Below, one piece after another: positions 1 to 7,888 of a stretch of 20,000 nucleotides of DNA. A program made the position numbers and the translations under genes. The notes under the pieces are model-generated. The model did not search any database, had not been told where the DNA came from, and was given only the letters and a program-made list of their open reading frames with translations. Every line of letters starts with the position of its first letter. Position 1 is the first letter of the stretch. The stretch is taken from the IMG/VR virus record IMGVR_UViG_3300046694_000251, one strand, 5' to 3'. Source of the stretch: an uncultured virus (IMG/VR IMGVR_UViG_3300046694_000251). Its lineage: Duplodnaviria; Heunggongvirae; Uroviricota; Caudoviricetes.

Positions 1-207
1 CGAGCGGGCCGCACAGGACTCCACCGCATCGAGGCCGGATCCTGGGTCGCCACCTACGCCTACTCCCAGACCTTCCTGGACGGGGACCGCATCACAGTCG
101 CATTCTCCGGAAGCAACATCACCGTGCAGAGGAACGGAACCCAGGTGCTCACCCTTACTAACTCGACGTTCAGCACGGCCACCAAGGTCGGAATGGTGGT
201 GACCTGA
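1..207 (+). CDS. 3' end of a probable tail/structural protein (5'-truncated)
   Basis: Frame 1 is open from base 1 (RAGRTGLHRIEAGSWVATYAYSQTFLDGDRITVAFSGSNITVQRNGTQVLTLTNSTFSTATKVGMVVT) to TGA 205-207, which overlaps the next ATG (TGATG). Beta-rich, Thr/Ser-rich composition. Confidence 0.6.
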   Translation, partial: RAGRTGLHRIEAGSWVATYAYSQTFLDGDRITVAFSGSNITVQRNGTQVLTLTNSTFSTATKVGMVVT

Positions 208-1433
208 TGACCACGCACAACCTCACCTTCGTCAACGACGACGACTTCGCCCCGGTCGTCTCCTTCTCCGGCAGCATCGTCGGCCGCCGGTTCAGGGTGT
301 TCGGTCCCACGCTCGGCGGCCAGGTCACCCTCGACGGCACGCTGGCCATCAAGATCCCACGCCCGCAGCCGCTAGCCCCCGAGGCCGGGCAGATCTCCTT
401 CCAGGGTCACCTCTCGGCCGGAATCAAGGCGCCCGCCGCAGCGTTCAAGGACTTCGCCCACTACCCGTACGCGGGCGTCGACCCGGCCATGGCGTGGACC
501 GGTATCAACTCCGGCGCGCTTCAGTCGGCTCCCGCTGGCTCCTACAGCCGCGCCTACGCCGCGTTCACCGGCCCGGTGGACTACCCGGTATCCGGTGGCG
601 GCTACGCCTGGAAGCGGGCCGCGTACGCCTCTGTCGGGTTCAAGTTCGCGAGCATGTCGGTGAACAAACACCAGATTTTGGATGCGGTCCAGTTCGAGGC
701 GCTGCCGGTGGGGTCAACCGGCCCCAGCGCATACCAGAACGCCCGCGAGATCCAGGCCATCATCAAGCCGTCCCGGCTGAACTACGCGACCAACCCCAAC
801 TTCGAGAGCGGGCTGACCGGCTACGGTCCGACCGGCCAGGCCACCCATGCGCTGGACTCCTTCTCCTGGCGGGGCACCCAGGCTCTCAAGGTCACCGTGC
901 CCACCACGGCCACACAGGACAGCGGCCTGTCCTTCCAGGTGTCCGGCATGATCCCGGGCCGTACGTACACCATGAGCGCCCGCGTGGCCATCGCCCAGGG
1001 CTGTGGGGACATCGCCCCCTGGTCCGGCGCGGGGGCAGTGCAGTTGGGCGCGGTGAAGTGGACGCAGGCAGCCAACCGCAGGGACCCGGCCCAGAAGCGG
1101 TGGCGCACGCTGTACGTCACCTTCACGACGCCGTCGTCCTCGCTGTACGTCGGCATGAACGTCCTGAAGCCCACCATGACCCCGGGCACGGCGAGCATCT
1201 TCTGGGCCGACGGCGTCCTGGTCGAGGAAGGTACCTCCGTCCGCGACTACTTCGACGGCTCGATGGGATCGGACTACCTGTGGGAGCAGGGGGGCAGCCC
1301 CAACCTGGCCCGCTCGTACTTCTACGAGAACTACGTCGAGCGCAGTTACCTGATCCGCACCCTGCTCGAAGAGAATGTTCCTCTGGGAATCACGGCGGCC
1401 GTACCTCAGTACGCCGTTCTGCCGACCCAGTAA
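207..1433 (+). CDS. Minor tail protein with a probable carbohydrate-binding (CBM-like) domain
   Basis: 408 aa with high GC3. The segments NYATNPNFESG, GRTYTMSARV, WRTLYVTFT and FWADGVLVEEG...YFDGS resemble the CBM4/9-like modules common in actinophage tail proteins. Lies just upstream of a holin-like gene. Confidence 0.65.
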   Translation: MTTHNLTFVNDDDFAPVVSFSGSIVGRRFRVFGPTLGGQVTLDGTLAIKIPRPQPLAPEAGQISFQGHLSAGIKAPAAAFKDFAHYPYAGVDPAMAWTGINSGALQSAPAGSYSRAYAAFTGPVDYPVSGGGYAWKRAAYASVGFKFASMSVNKHQILDAVQFEALPVGSTGPSAYQNAREIQAIIKPSRLNYATNPNFESGLTGYGPTGQATHALDSFSWRGTQALKVTVPTTATQDSGLSFQVSGMIPGRTYTMSARVAIAQGCGDIAPWSGAGAVQLGAVKWTQAANRRDPAQKRWRTLYVTFTTPSSSLYVGMNVLKPTMTPGTASIFWADGVLVEEGTSVRDYFDGSMGSDYLWEQGGSPNLARSYFYENYVERSYLIRTLLEENVPLGITAAVPQYAVLPTQ

Positions 1434-1454
1434 CCACGACCCGTAAGGATCCCC

Positions 1455-2066
1455 ATGCTTACCAACTACGCCGACGTGGCGGCCCTCGCCGTCGGCCTGG
1501 TCCTGCCCGCCATCGTGGCGGTGTTCACCAAGCCGTCGACCAACCCCACCGTCAAGGGCTTCGCGCACGCCGTCCTGGCCCTCGCCACCGGCTCCCTGGC
1601 CACCTACAAGGCCGACCCGTCGAACTTCGTGTGGGCGCCCGCTGTGATCGCCGCGTTCCTGGCCTGGCTGTCCGGCACGGCGTTCTACCACTCCCTGCTG
1701 AAGAAGTACTCCTGGTTCGGTGCGCTCCAGAACCTGTTCGTGTCCGAGGTCGAGAGCCGTCTTAATACCCACGGCGCCGACGTCGAGCGGTACTTCGAGG
1801 TGGCGCAGGCGGCCGAGCTGGCCGAGGACGCGCAGGGCATCACCAACGACTTCCCCTTGAGCACCGACGTGGTTCAGTCCGGCGTGGAGGAGGCCGTCAA
1901 GGCGGCCGAGGAGATCCCCGTCGTCGGCACGGTCGTCCAGCGCTTCGAGACGGTCGCGGTCCCGGCGATCATTACGGCCGTGGAGGCTGTCGCGGCGCCG
2001 GTCGTCGAGAACTCCACCCCTGCCGTCGCTGTGCAGCCTGGCGGCCTGGGTCCGAGGGCGATCTGA
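1455..2066 (+). CDS. Putative holin (N-terminal ~3 transmembrane helices, long acidic C-terminal tail)
   Basis: Three hydrophobic stretches in the first ~85 aa; AAGGA RBS upstream; position at the end of the tail block. Confidence 0.55.
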   Translation: MLTNYADVAALAVGLVLPAIVAVFTKPSTNPTVKGFAHAVLALATGSLATYKADPSNFVWAPAVIAAFLAWLSGTAFYHSLLKKYSWFGALQNLFVSEVESRLNTHGADVERYFEVAQAAELAEDAQGITNDFPLSTDVVQSGVEEAVKAAEEIPVVGTVVQRFETVAVPAIITAVEAVAAPVVENSTPAVAVQPGGLGPRAI

Positions 2067-2068
2067 CC

Positions 2069-2356
2069 ATGGACTGGTTCCGGCTGCTGCTGATCGCCTT
2101 CGCCACCTTCACCGCGTGGGAGTGGCTGCGCGACGTCCTGCCTGTCGCTATCCCGGCCGCCCTTCAGCCGCCCGTGGTCGTGGGGCTGGCCTACGAGGTG
2201 CAGCGTGTTCCCGGCCCGTGGCTGGCCGCTGGGGCGGCTGCTGGAGTCGTGGCGGTACTGCACGCGCAGGTACGGGGCAGCGGGGCGGAGACGGCCTCTC
2301 TGCGCCTGCCGCGCAGGCACCCGAACACAGGGCGGCGAGTTCCCGACCTCCCCTGA
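2069..2356 (+). CDS. Small membrane protein, possible lysis accessory
   Basis: 95 aa with hydrophobic segments and a basic C-terminus; starts 2 nt after the holin-like stop and is followed by a terminator. Confidence 0.55.
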   Translation: MDWFRLLLIAFATFTAWEWLRDVLPVAIPAALQPPVVVGLAYEVQRVPGPWLAAGAAAGVVAVLHAQVRGSGAETASLRLPRRHPNTGRRVPDLP

Positions 2357-2371
2357 TTGTCAAGCACAAGC

Positions 2372-2407
2372 AAAACCCCGCTAGACAAGCGGGGTTTTCT
2401 TGCTTTT
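2372..2407 (+). terminator. Intrinsic, probably bidirectional, terminator ending the structural/lysis operon
   Basis: AAAACCCCGCT (2372-2382) and AGCGGGGTTTT (2388-2398) form a perfect inverted repeat with a 5-nt loop, followed by the T-rich CTTGCTTTT. Confidence 0.8.
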
Positions 2408-2428
2408 AGAAGCCGTAATGGCTAAGGT
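2400..2428 (+). promoter_or_regulatory. Candidate sigma70/HrdB-type promoter with a GAAGCCGTAAT motif in its spacer
   Basis: TTGCTT (2400-2405) - 17 nt - TAAGGT (2423-2428), immediately after the terminator. Confidence 0.4.
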
Positions 2429-2477
2429 CTTCCTTGTTGCCAACCACGGCAGCGACCACCACAACACTGGAGCAGAC

Positions 2478-3707
2478 TTGAGCAAGCAGCCCATCACCCT
2501 GGCCTTCGCTGGTTCCGCCGACATCGACCCCGAGAATGTCAAGGACCTGCTCAACGACTGGCTCGGCTTCGGCGACGAGGACAAGGACGGCTTCTTCGAG
2601 CCGAGCGACCGCGAGATCAACCTCATCTTCCCGGTCACCCGGGAGCACCTGTCCGACGGCCTGGAAGCGGTCCTCGGCTGGGCCGAGAAGGCCGACCTCC
2701 CCTACGTCGCCGTCGCCGACAACAAGCGCAGCCGCGCCACCGAGCAGATCCTCAAGGACGCCGAGGAGACCGTCCACGTCGCCAACGTCACGGCCGGTGT
2801 GGTCGACCTGCTGAAGAAGGCCGACAGCGCGGGCGACGAGGTCCACGTCATCCTGCTGTGGGGCGACGAGGGCAGCGAGCAGGCCGAACTCCTCCTGGAC
2901 GCCGCCGACCAGGCGGGCTTCAAGGCCAAGGACCTCACCGCCGGACTCGACGACATCTCCTTCGGTGAGCAGCCGCAGGCCGAGGAGCCGGAGGAGGAGC
3001 CCCAGCCGGAACCCGAGCCGGAGCCCGAGCCGGAGGCCCCCAAGCGTGGTCGCCGTCGTGGCCGTCGCTCTGAGCCCGAGGAGGCCGAGCCGGAGGAGGA
3101 GCCGCTGACCGAGGAGGACGCGCCGGAGGAGCCCAAGCAGGAGGAGCCCAAGCGCGGCCGTCGCGGTCGCAAGGTCGAGCCGGAGCCCGAGGAGCACCCG
3201 GTCGAGCAGGACATCCAGGAGCAGCAGGAGGACCTGGAGCAGGAGGTCAACCGCGCCGCGCAGAAGATCCAGCGTGAGGCCACCCCGGTCCCCGACAAGG
3301 AGATCGACCTCATCCTCATCGGCAACGCTTTGGAGGGTGCCTACAACGCCTTCCGCCTGGAGGACGAGCGCAACGCGGTCATCAACCAGGCCGAGGTACG
3401 CCTCCGGCCGCTGACCGAACTGCTGGCCAAGGCGCTTAATATCGTGGCCGACTCGGTCCACGACAAGGAGGCCGAGGAGCAGGAGCGCCCGGCCGAGAAG
3501 AAGGCCGAGGAGCCGGAGGAGGAGCAGACCTCCGGACGCCGTCGCCGTGGACGTCCGCGCGACGAGAGCAAGACGTTTGCCTTCCTGGTCGACGACGAGG
3601 GCAACTACAGCCGTCGCGGCCGTGGCCGTATCCCGGCCGGACAGACCGTCGTACACCTGACCCGGGCGGAGATCGAGGAGAAGGGCCTCGAACTCGACTC
3701 GGAGTGA
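2478..3707 (+). CDS. Hypothetical protein: globular N-terminal domain, acidic Glu/Pro-rich linker, Arg-rich AT-hook-like motifs
   Basis: Same frame as the tracked 2400..3707 ORF. TTG at 2478 is preferred because GGAG lies at 2469-2472. Contains KRGRRRGRR, KRGRRGR, RRRRGRPR and RGRGRIPA. Confidence 0.75.
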   Translation: MSKQPITLAFAGSADIDPENVKDLLNDWLGFGDEDKDGFFEPSDREINLIFPVTREHLSDGLEAVLGWAEKADLPYVAVADNKRSRATEQILKDAEETVHVANVTAGVVDLLKKADSAGDEVHVILLWGDEGSEQAELLLDAADQAGFKAKDLTAGLDDISFGEQPQAEEPEEEPQPEPEPEPEPEAPKRGRRRGRRSEPEEAEPEEEPLTEEDAPEEPKQEEPKRGRRGRKVEPEPEEHPVEQDIQEQQEDLEQEVNRAAQKIQREATPVPDKEIDLILIGNALEGAYNAFRLEDERNAVINQAEVRLRPLTELLAKALNIVADSVHDKEAEEQERPAEKKAEEPEEEQTSGRRRRGRPRDESKTFAFLVDDEGNYSRRGRGRIPAGQTVVHLTRAEIEEKGLELDSE

Positions 3708-3712
3708 GTAAC

Positions 3713-3771
3713 GCAAAAGCCCCCGGCGCTGAAGAGGTTCGAGACCTCAATTCACTGCCGGGGGCTTTTGC
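3713..3771 (+). terminator. Long stem-loop, terminator-like
   Basis: GCAAAAGCCCCCGGC (3713-3727) and GCCGGGGGCTTTTGC (3757-3771) form a perfect 15-bp inverted repeat, with inner stems TGAA/TTCA and GAGGT/ACCTC. Confidence 0.65.
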
Positions 3772-3821
3772 CCACCACACCCCGAGGCCCACCACAAACC
3801 CCGAGATGGGAAGAACCTAAC

Positions 3822-3869
3822 ATGTCGAGCCGACTTAATATCAACGGCGGATTCGGAGCCGCCGAGTGA
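3822..3869 (+). CDS. Putative 15-aa leader mini-ORF (MSSRLNINGGFGAAE)
   Basis: ATG at 3822 after purine-rich GGGAAGAA; its TGA overlaps the GTG start of the initiator gene (GTGA); carries CTTAATATC in frame. Confidence 0.35.
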   Translation: MSSRLNINGGFGAAE

Positions 3870-4879
3870 GCATCCTGATCATGTCGGAAGTGTTCACGCA
3901 GTCCGACACCCGCCTGGCCACGCGCCTCGTTCTGCTCGCGCTGGCGGACGCGGCCAACGACTCCCACCGCATGTGCTGGGAGTCCGTCGACACCATCGCG
4001 GCCAAGGCCCGGGTCTCCCGACGGCAGTGCTTCACCGCGCTGTCGACCCTGGAGGACCGGCGCATCGTCGAGCACGTCTCGGACGAGGAGAAGCCCGCCG
4101 AGGCGGAGCGGTACAAGTCCGTGGTCCGCAGGATTCTGCCGGTGTCCGAGTGGCTGCCGGAGCCTGCTAAGGGTGCAGAATCCGCACCCCCCTCTAAGGG
4201 TGCAGAATCCGCACAGGTGTCGAATTTTTCACCCAACCCCAATAACCAACTGGAAGTTAGAGATATAGAAGAAACTACGTTTCTTCCACCGCGCCGGTCG
4301 GCACGGTCCGATCCCGGCGGAGCCGAGGAGATCCCTACGAGGCCGGGTGCTCGTGGCTGGGATGCCGTGGCCGCTCCTCGTCGTGGCGGCCGGAAGAAGA
4401 CCCGGAAGCAGGTGGCGGAGGAGGCTGCCCTGGCCGAGAAGGAACTCGACCCGGCGTTCGTCGTGGCCCAGGCTCTCGGAGAGGACACCCCATCCTTCAG
4501 CCTGTACGGCGATCTCCCGGCCTCGGACGGTGACCTGGCCCCTCCGGTCCGGCGACCTCGTGAGAAGCGCTCCAGGAGGCCGTCGGAGGAACTGGCGGAG
4601 TTCTTCGGCAAGCGGGCTCAGGGGGTAGGCCATCCGGTACCCGGTCCGGTCAACCTTGGAGCCCTCACCGGACAGTTCGGCCGGTGGATGCGCGAGGGTC
4701 TGGAACGAGAGGCAATCCGGCAGATGATCATCACCTACTGGTCGTCCTCCTGGAACCGCTCGGAGAACCATCCGGCGTGGAAGGACTTCCTCGCCGCCCG
4801 TGGTCTGTTGACGGAGCGGCTGGGCAAGGCCGAGAACACGATGGAGAAACACCGGCACGACGAGTCCTTCTGGGACTGA
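3866..4879 (+). CDS. Phage replication initiator protein (N-terminal winged HTH)
   Basis: The N-terminus RLVLLALADAAND...CWESVDTIAAKARVSRRQCFTALSTLED matches the typical phage initiator HTH pattern. Has internal direct repeats and sits upstream of a DnaC-like loader. Confidence 0.75.
   Translation: MSILIMSEVFTQSDTRLATRLVLLALADAANDSHRMCWESVDTIAAKARVSRRQCFTALSTLEDRRIVEHVSDEEKPAEAERYKSVVRRILPVSEWLPEPAKGAESAPPSKGAESAQVSNFSPNPNNQLEVRDIEETTFLPPRRSARSDPGGAEEIPTRPGARGWDAVAAPRRGGRKKTRKQVAEEAALAEKELDPAFVVAQALGEDTPSFSLYGDLPASDGDLAPPVRRPREKRSRRPSEELAEFFGKRAQGVGHPVPGPVNLGALTGQFGRWMREGLEREAIRQMIITYWSSSWNRSENHPAWKDFLAARGLLTERLGKAENTMEKHRHDESFWD
4167..4214 (+). repeat. Two 21-bp direct repeats (iteron-like), CTAAGGGTGCAGAATCCGCAC
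   Basis: Identical copies at 4167-4187 and 4194-4214 (27-bp period), followed by an AT-rich tract at about 4222-4285. Confidence 0.85.
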
Positions 4880-4886
4880 TGCCACC

Positions 4887-4927
4887 AGGGGCGGGCTGCT
4901 ACGGCGGTCCGCCCCTTACGTTTACTT
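4887..4927 (+). terminator. Intrinsic terminator after the initiator gene
   Basis: 13-bp stem (4887-4899/4904-4916, two G-U pairs) closed by a C(UACG)G tetraloop, followed by TACGTTTACTT. Confidence 0.7.
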
Positions 4928-4954
4928 GAAGGCGTATTCTGGAAGGCGTAATCT
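4926..4954 (+). promoter_or_regulatory. Candidate promoter overlapped by tandem GAAGGCGTA(T/A)T repeats
   Basis: TTGAAG (4926-4931) - 17 nt - TAATCT (4949-4954); repeats at 4928-4938 and 4942-4952. Confidence 0.45.
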
Positions 4955-5001
4955 GTGGTAGCCTCCTGAGCGTTGAACCACCACCACACGAGGAGGCCAC
5001 G

Positions 5002-5661
5002 ATGGCGACAGACCCCCGGGTCCACGCCCTGCGGCTCAAGGAGTACGGCATCCCCGCGCACTACAGGGCCCTTCGACTTAATACCGTGGCGGACGCCCCT
5101 GAGCGCGCCGCCTGCAAGACCTGGCTCGACGAACTGCGCGACCACTACGTCACCGACAAGCGGCCCCTCACGGAGTACCCCGAGGACTGGTCCCGGATCG
5201 GCAAGGGTCTGCTGCTCGTGGGCCCGCCCGGCACCGGAAAGACCACCCTGGCTACCGCCACGCTGCTGGAGGTCTACTACGCCCACCGGCTCCCGGTGCA
5301 CTGGCTGGCCTACGCCGACTTCGTGAAGGACTCCATCGAGAAGATGGGCCTCCAGGACCGCAGCGAGCCCGAGGCCGTCGCCCGGTGGTGGGAGATCCAG
5401 GACAAGATCGTGGCGGCCGAGAAGGCCCCCGTCCTCGTGCTGGACGACGTCGGCAAGGAGCACCGCACCAAGACCGGCTACGCCGAGGGCCTGCTGGACA
5501 CCCTGCTGCGCCAGCGGCACCGCGAGGCCCGGCCCACGATCGTCACCTCGAACCTCCCGCCCCGGGAGTGGGGTGCCGTCTACAACCCCACGATGGGCTC
5601 CTTCATCCAGCAGGCATTCACACACGTCAAGTTGATCGGAGAGGACCGCCGTGCAGCCTGA
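5002..5661 (+). CDS. DnaC/IstB-like AAA+ ATPase, helicase loader
   Basis: Walker A GPPGTGKT, Walker B VLVLDDVGKE, and PTIVTSNL; strong GAGGAGG RBS. Confidence 0.88.
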   Translation: MATDPRVHALRLKEYGIPAHYRALRLNTVADAPERAACKTWLDELRDHYVTDKRPLTEYPEDWSRIGKGLLLVGPPGTGKTTLATATLLEVYYAHRLPVHWLAYADFVKDSIEKMGLQDRSEPEAVARWWEIQDKIVAAEKAPVLVLDDVGKEHRTKTGYAEGLLDTLLRQRHREARPTIVTSNLPPREWGAVYNPTMGSFIQQAFTHVKLIGEDRRAA

Positions 5662-5884
5662 ACACACGCAGCCGCCGCTCCCGTTCGAGGACGAGGTTTT
5701 GGTGCTTCTCTACAAACGCGAAGTGCCGGACCACCGCCTCCCCGAGCACTGGGCCTCCCTGGAGTGGACCCTCCGCAGCCGCGCCAAGCACCTGGGCTTC
5801 GACCTCGTACGCACCCGCCGGTTCCAGAAGTGGGAGGGCGACACGCTTAATATCTCGCTCCGCGCGGAAGCGGAGCGCACCTGA
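5651..5884 (+). CDS. Hypothetical protein (77 aa)
   Basis: GTG with a GAGG RBS; overlaps the upstream stop; its TGA overlaps the next ATG. Confidence 0.6.
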   Translation: MQPEHTQPPLPFEDEVLVLLYKREVPDHRLPEHWASLEWTLRSRAKHLGFDLVRTRRFQKWEGDTLNISLRAEAERT

Positions 5885-6342
5885 TGGAACGGGGCGACAT
5901 CTCCAACGAGGTCGTCCCCCGCTTGGTCATCGCCTACGAGGGCATGCTCGGCGTCCTGCCGGAGAAGCCCGAGGGGTACGTGCACGAGCTGGTTGCCCGC
6001 AAGTTCGGGCGCCGCGCGCGGCTGGCCAAGCGGACCGTGGACGCGTACGAGATCAACGACGCGCTGGCCCGGGTCATCTGGGACACCGTCTGGCGCTTCA
6101 AGTACTCGGTCGACGTCGTCACCTACCTCGGTGAGGACGCCGTCGAGCCGCTGGAGGCCCGCCTGGACGCCGAGGGACTTCCCATCGGCCGGGTGTGGGC
6201 CACGACCCCTGAACGGCTGGCCAGACGCCTGCCCTACATGCCGGACGTCGCCGCGATCTTCGACAACGAACACCACCTGATCTTCGGCAGCAAGGGCCGC
6301 ACCCTGCCCGCTGCCCCCACCACCCTGATAGGGGCTATGTAA
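5884..6342 (+). CDS. Hypothetical protein (possible degenerate HAD-like fold)
   Basis: 152 aa, high GC3, tightly coupled to both neighbours. The fold suggestion is a weak impression only. Confidence 0.7.
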   Translation: MERGDISNEVVPRLVIAYEGMLGVLPEKPEGYVHELVARKFGRRARLAKRTVDAYEINDALARVIWDTVWRFKYSVDVVTYLGEDAVEPLEARLDAEGLPIGRVWATTPERLARRLPYMPDVAAIFDNEHHLIFGSKGRTLPAAPTTLIGAM

Positions 6343-7611
6343 GTGGCTGACTTCGAGCGCTTGCTCGTGTCCCGCGTCATCCAGGACAAGGACCTGGCCG
6401 ACGTCGCGGACGCGGGCATCACCGCCGAGTTCTTCGGCGACCCGGACAACAAGGCCGTCTTCAAGTCCATCCTGCGGCACAAGGCGACGTACGGCGAGAT
6501 CCCCAGCCTCGCCACCATCAAGACCGACTTCCCCACGTACCGGTTCGTCAAGGTCGAGGACAGCATGCAGGTGCTGACCGACCGGCTGCGCGAGCAGCAC
6601 ACCCTCGACCTGCTGGAGCAGGGCCTGGCCGACTCAGTCGACGCCCACGAGGAGGGCAACGCGCTGGCCGCCATGGCGGCCCTGCACAAGACCCTCGCGG
6701 ACATCGCCTCAGCGGTCCCCAACGCCCGCGACACCGACCTGACGGAGACCGGCCAGGCGCGTCTTGCGCGGTACCTCACGCTCAAGGACCTGCCGGACGG
6801 GCTGCGGGGCATCCCCACCGGCTTCAACACGATCGACAGGGCCACTCAGGGACTCCAGAAGGAGCAGTTGGTCACCTTCGTCGGTCCGCCGAAGGCCGGT
6901 AAGAGCACCCTGCTGTTGTTGGCCGCCATGGCTGCGCACCTGCACGGGGAGCGCCCGCTTTTTATCGGCTTCGAGATGAGTAATGAGGAGCAGGAGGAAC
7001 GTTTCGACGCCATCCGTGCGGGGATTTCCCACGCCCGGCTGAGAAACGGAACGCTCAAGAAGGCCGAGTGGGACAAACTCGAAAGGGCCCTGCGGGAACT
7101 GGAGGCTATGCCCTCGTTCTTCCTGTCCTCGGACTCCATGAATGCGACGACGCTCACCGGTGTGCAGTCGAAGATCGACCACATCCGGCCGACGATCGTA
7201 TTCGTGGACGGCATCTACATGATGCAGGACGAACTCGGCGAGGCTCAGGGATCCAGCCAGGCGCTTACCAACCTCACCCGAGGATTCAAGCGCATGGCGA
7301 AGAACCTGCAACTCCCGATCGTCATTTCCACGCAGGTCCTGGAATGGAAGATGAACAAGAAGAAGGGCATCACTTCCGACTCGATCGGATATTCGTCCTC
7401 CTTCGCCCAGGACTCCGACGTGATTCTCGGTGTCGAATCCACGGACGACGCGAACATCAACAAGATCAAGGTCGTGCTGGCCCGTAACTGCCCGCCCCTG
7501 GAGACCTACTGCCAGTGGGACTGGGAGACCGGCAAGTTCGAGGAACTGAACGAGGACCCGTTCGCCATGGACGAGGTGAACACCGATGGCTATGTCGGCG
7601 CCTCCTTCTGA
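6343..7611 (+). CDS. dnaB: DnaB-like replicative helicase
   Basis: GIPTGFNTID, Walker A GPPKAGKST, FIGFEMS, IVFVDGIYMM, KRMAKNLQLPIVISTQ and SSSFAQDSDVILG correspond to SF4 helicase motifs. Confidence 0.92.
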   Translation: MADFERLLVSRVIQDKDLADVADAGITAEFFGDPDNKAVFKSILRHKATYGEIPSLATIKTDFPTYRFVKVEDSMQVLTDRLREQHTLDLLEQGLADSVDAHEEGNALAAMAALHKTLADIASAVPNARDTDLTETGQARLARYLTLKDLPDGLRGIPTGFNTIDRATQGLQKEQLVTFVGPPKAGKSTLLLLAAMAAHLHGERPLFIGFEMSNEEQEERFDAIRAGISHARLRNGTLKKAEWDKLERALRELEAMPSFFLSSDSMNATTLTGVQSKIDHIRPTIVFVDGIYMMQDELGEAQGSSQALTNLTRGFKRMAKNLQLPIVISTQVLEWKMNKKKGITSDSIGYSSSFAQDSDVILGVESTDDANINKIKVVLARNCPPLETYCQWDWETGKFEELNEDPFAMDEVNTDGYVGASF

Positions 7612-7888
7612 GCCCCGGCTGGTGGTCCTCGCCGGGAACTACCGGGAGTTCCAGTTCTGGTGTTACGAGAACGAGCGCAATCCCCGTGACCGGAATCTGA
7701 TATACGCCAGCGAATGGTACCGGCTGCGGGGACTCGGACCGGTCCGCTACATCACGTACGGAACCTGGTACATGCGCCGCGACGCCTGGGAAATGAAGAG
7801 CTACCTCGAATACCTGGAGAGGAGATACCAGTGCCCCGAGCAAAAGCGGGATGGGACGCAATCGGTAATCCCGTCCCCGGAAACGTGA
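7586..7888 (+). CDS. Hypothetical protein (100 aa)
   Basis: GAGGTG RBS upstream; aromatic-rich, protein-like sequence filling the helicase-primase gap; 3' end overlaps the primase start. Confidence 0.6.
   Translation: MAMSAPPSEPRLVVLAGNYREFQFWCYENERNPRDRNLIYASEWYRLRGLGPVRYITYGTWYMRRDAWEMKSYLEYLERRYQCPEQKRDGTQSVIPSPET

Noticed and set aside
154..161. CTTACTAA near-match to the motif
   Set aside because: Mismatched in the core and at the Y position; could be chance.
1971..1981. Minus-strand ACGGCCGTAAT resembling the operator-like motif
   Set aside because: Only a partial match, inside a CDS and with no promoter context.
2980..3195. GAGCCG/GAGCCC tandem-like repeats
   Set aside because: Explained by low-complexity Glu-Pro protein sequence; no repeat-spacer structure, so not CRISPR.
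3713..3771. Possible tRNA in the structured intergenic region (contains GGTTCGAGACC)
   Set aside because: A T-arm-like GTTCGA is present, but the region folds as one long hairpin with no cloverleaf, D-arm or anticodon arm.
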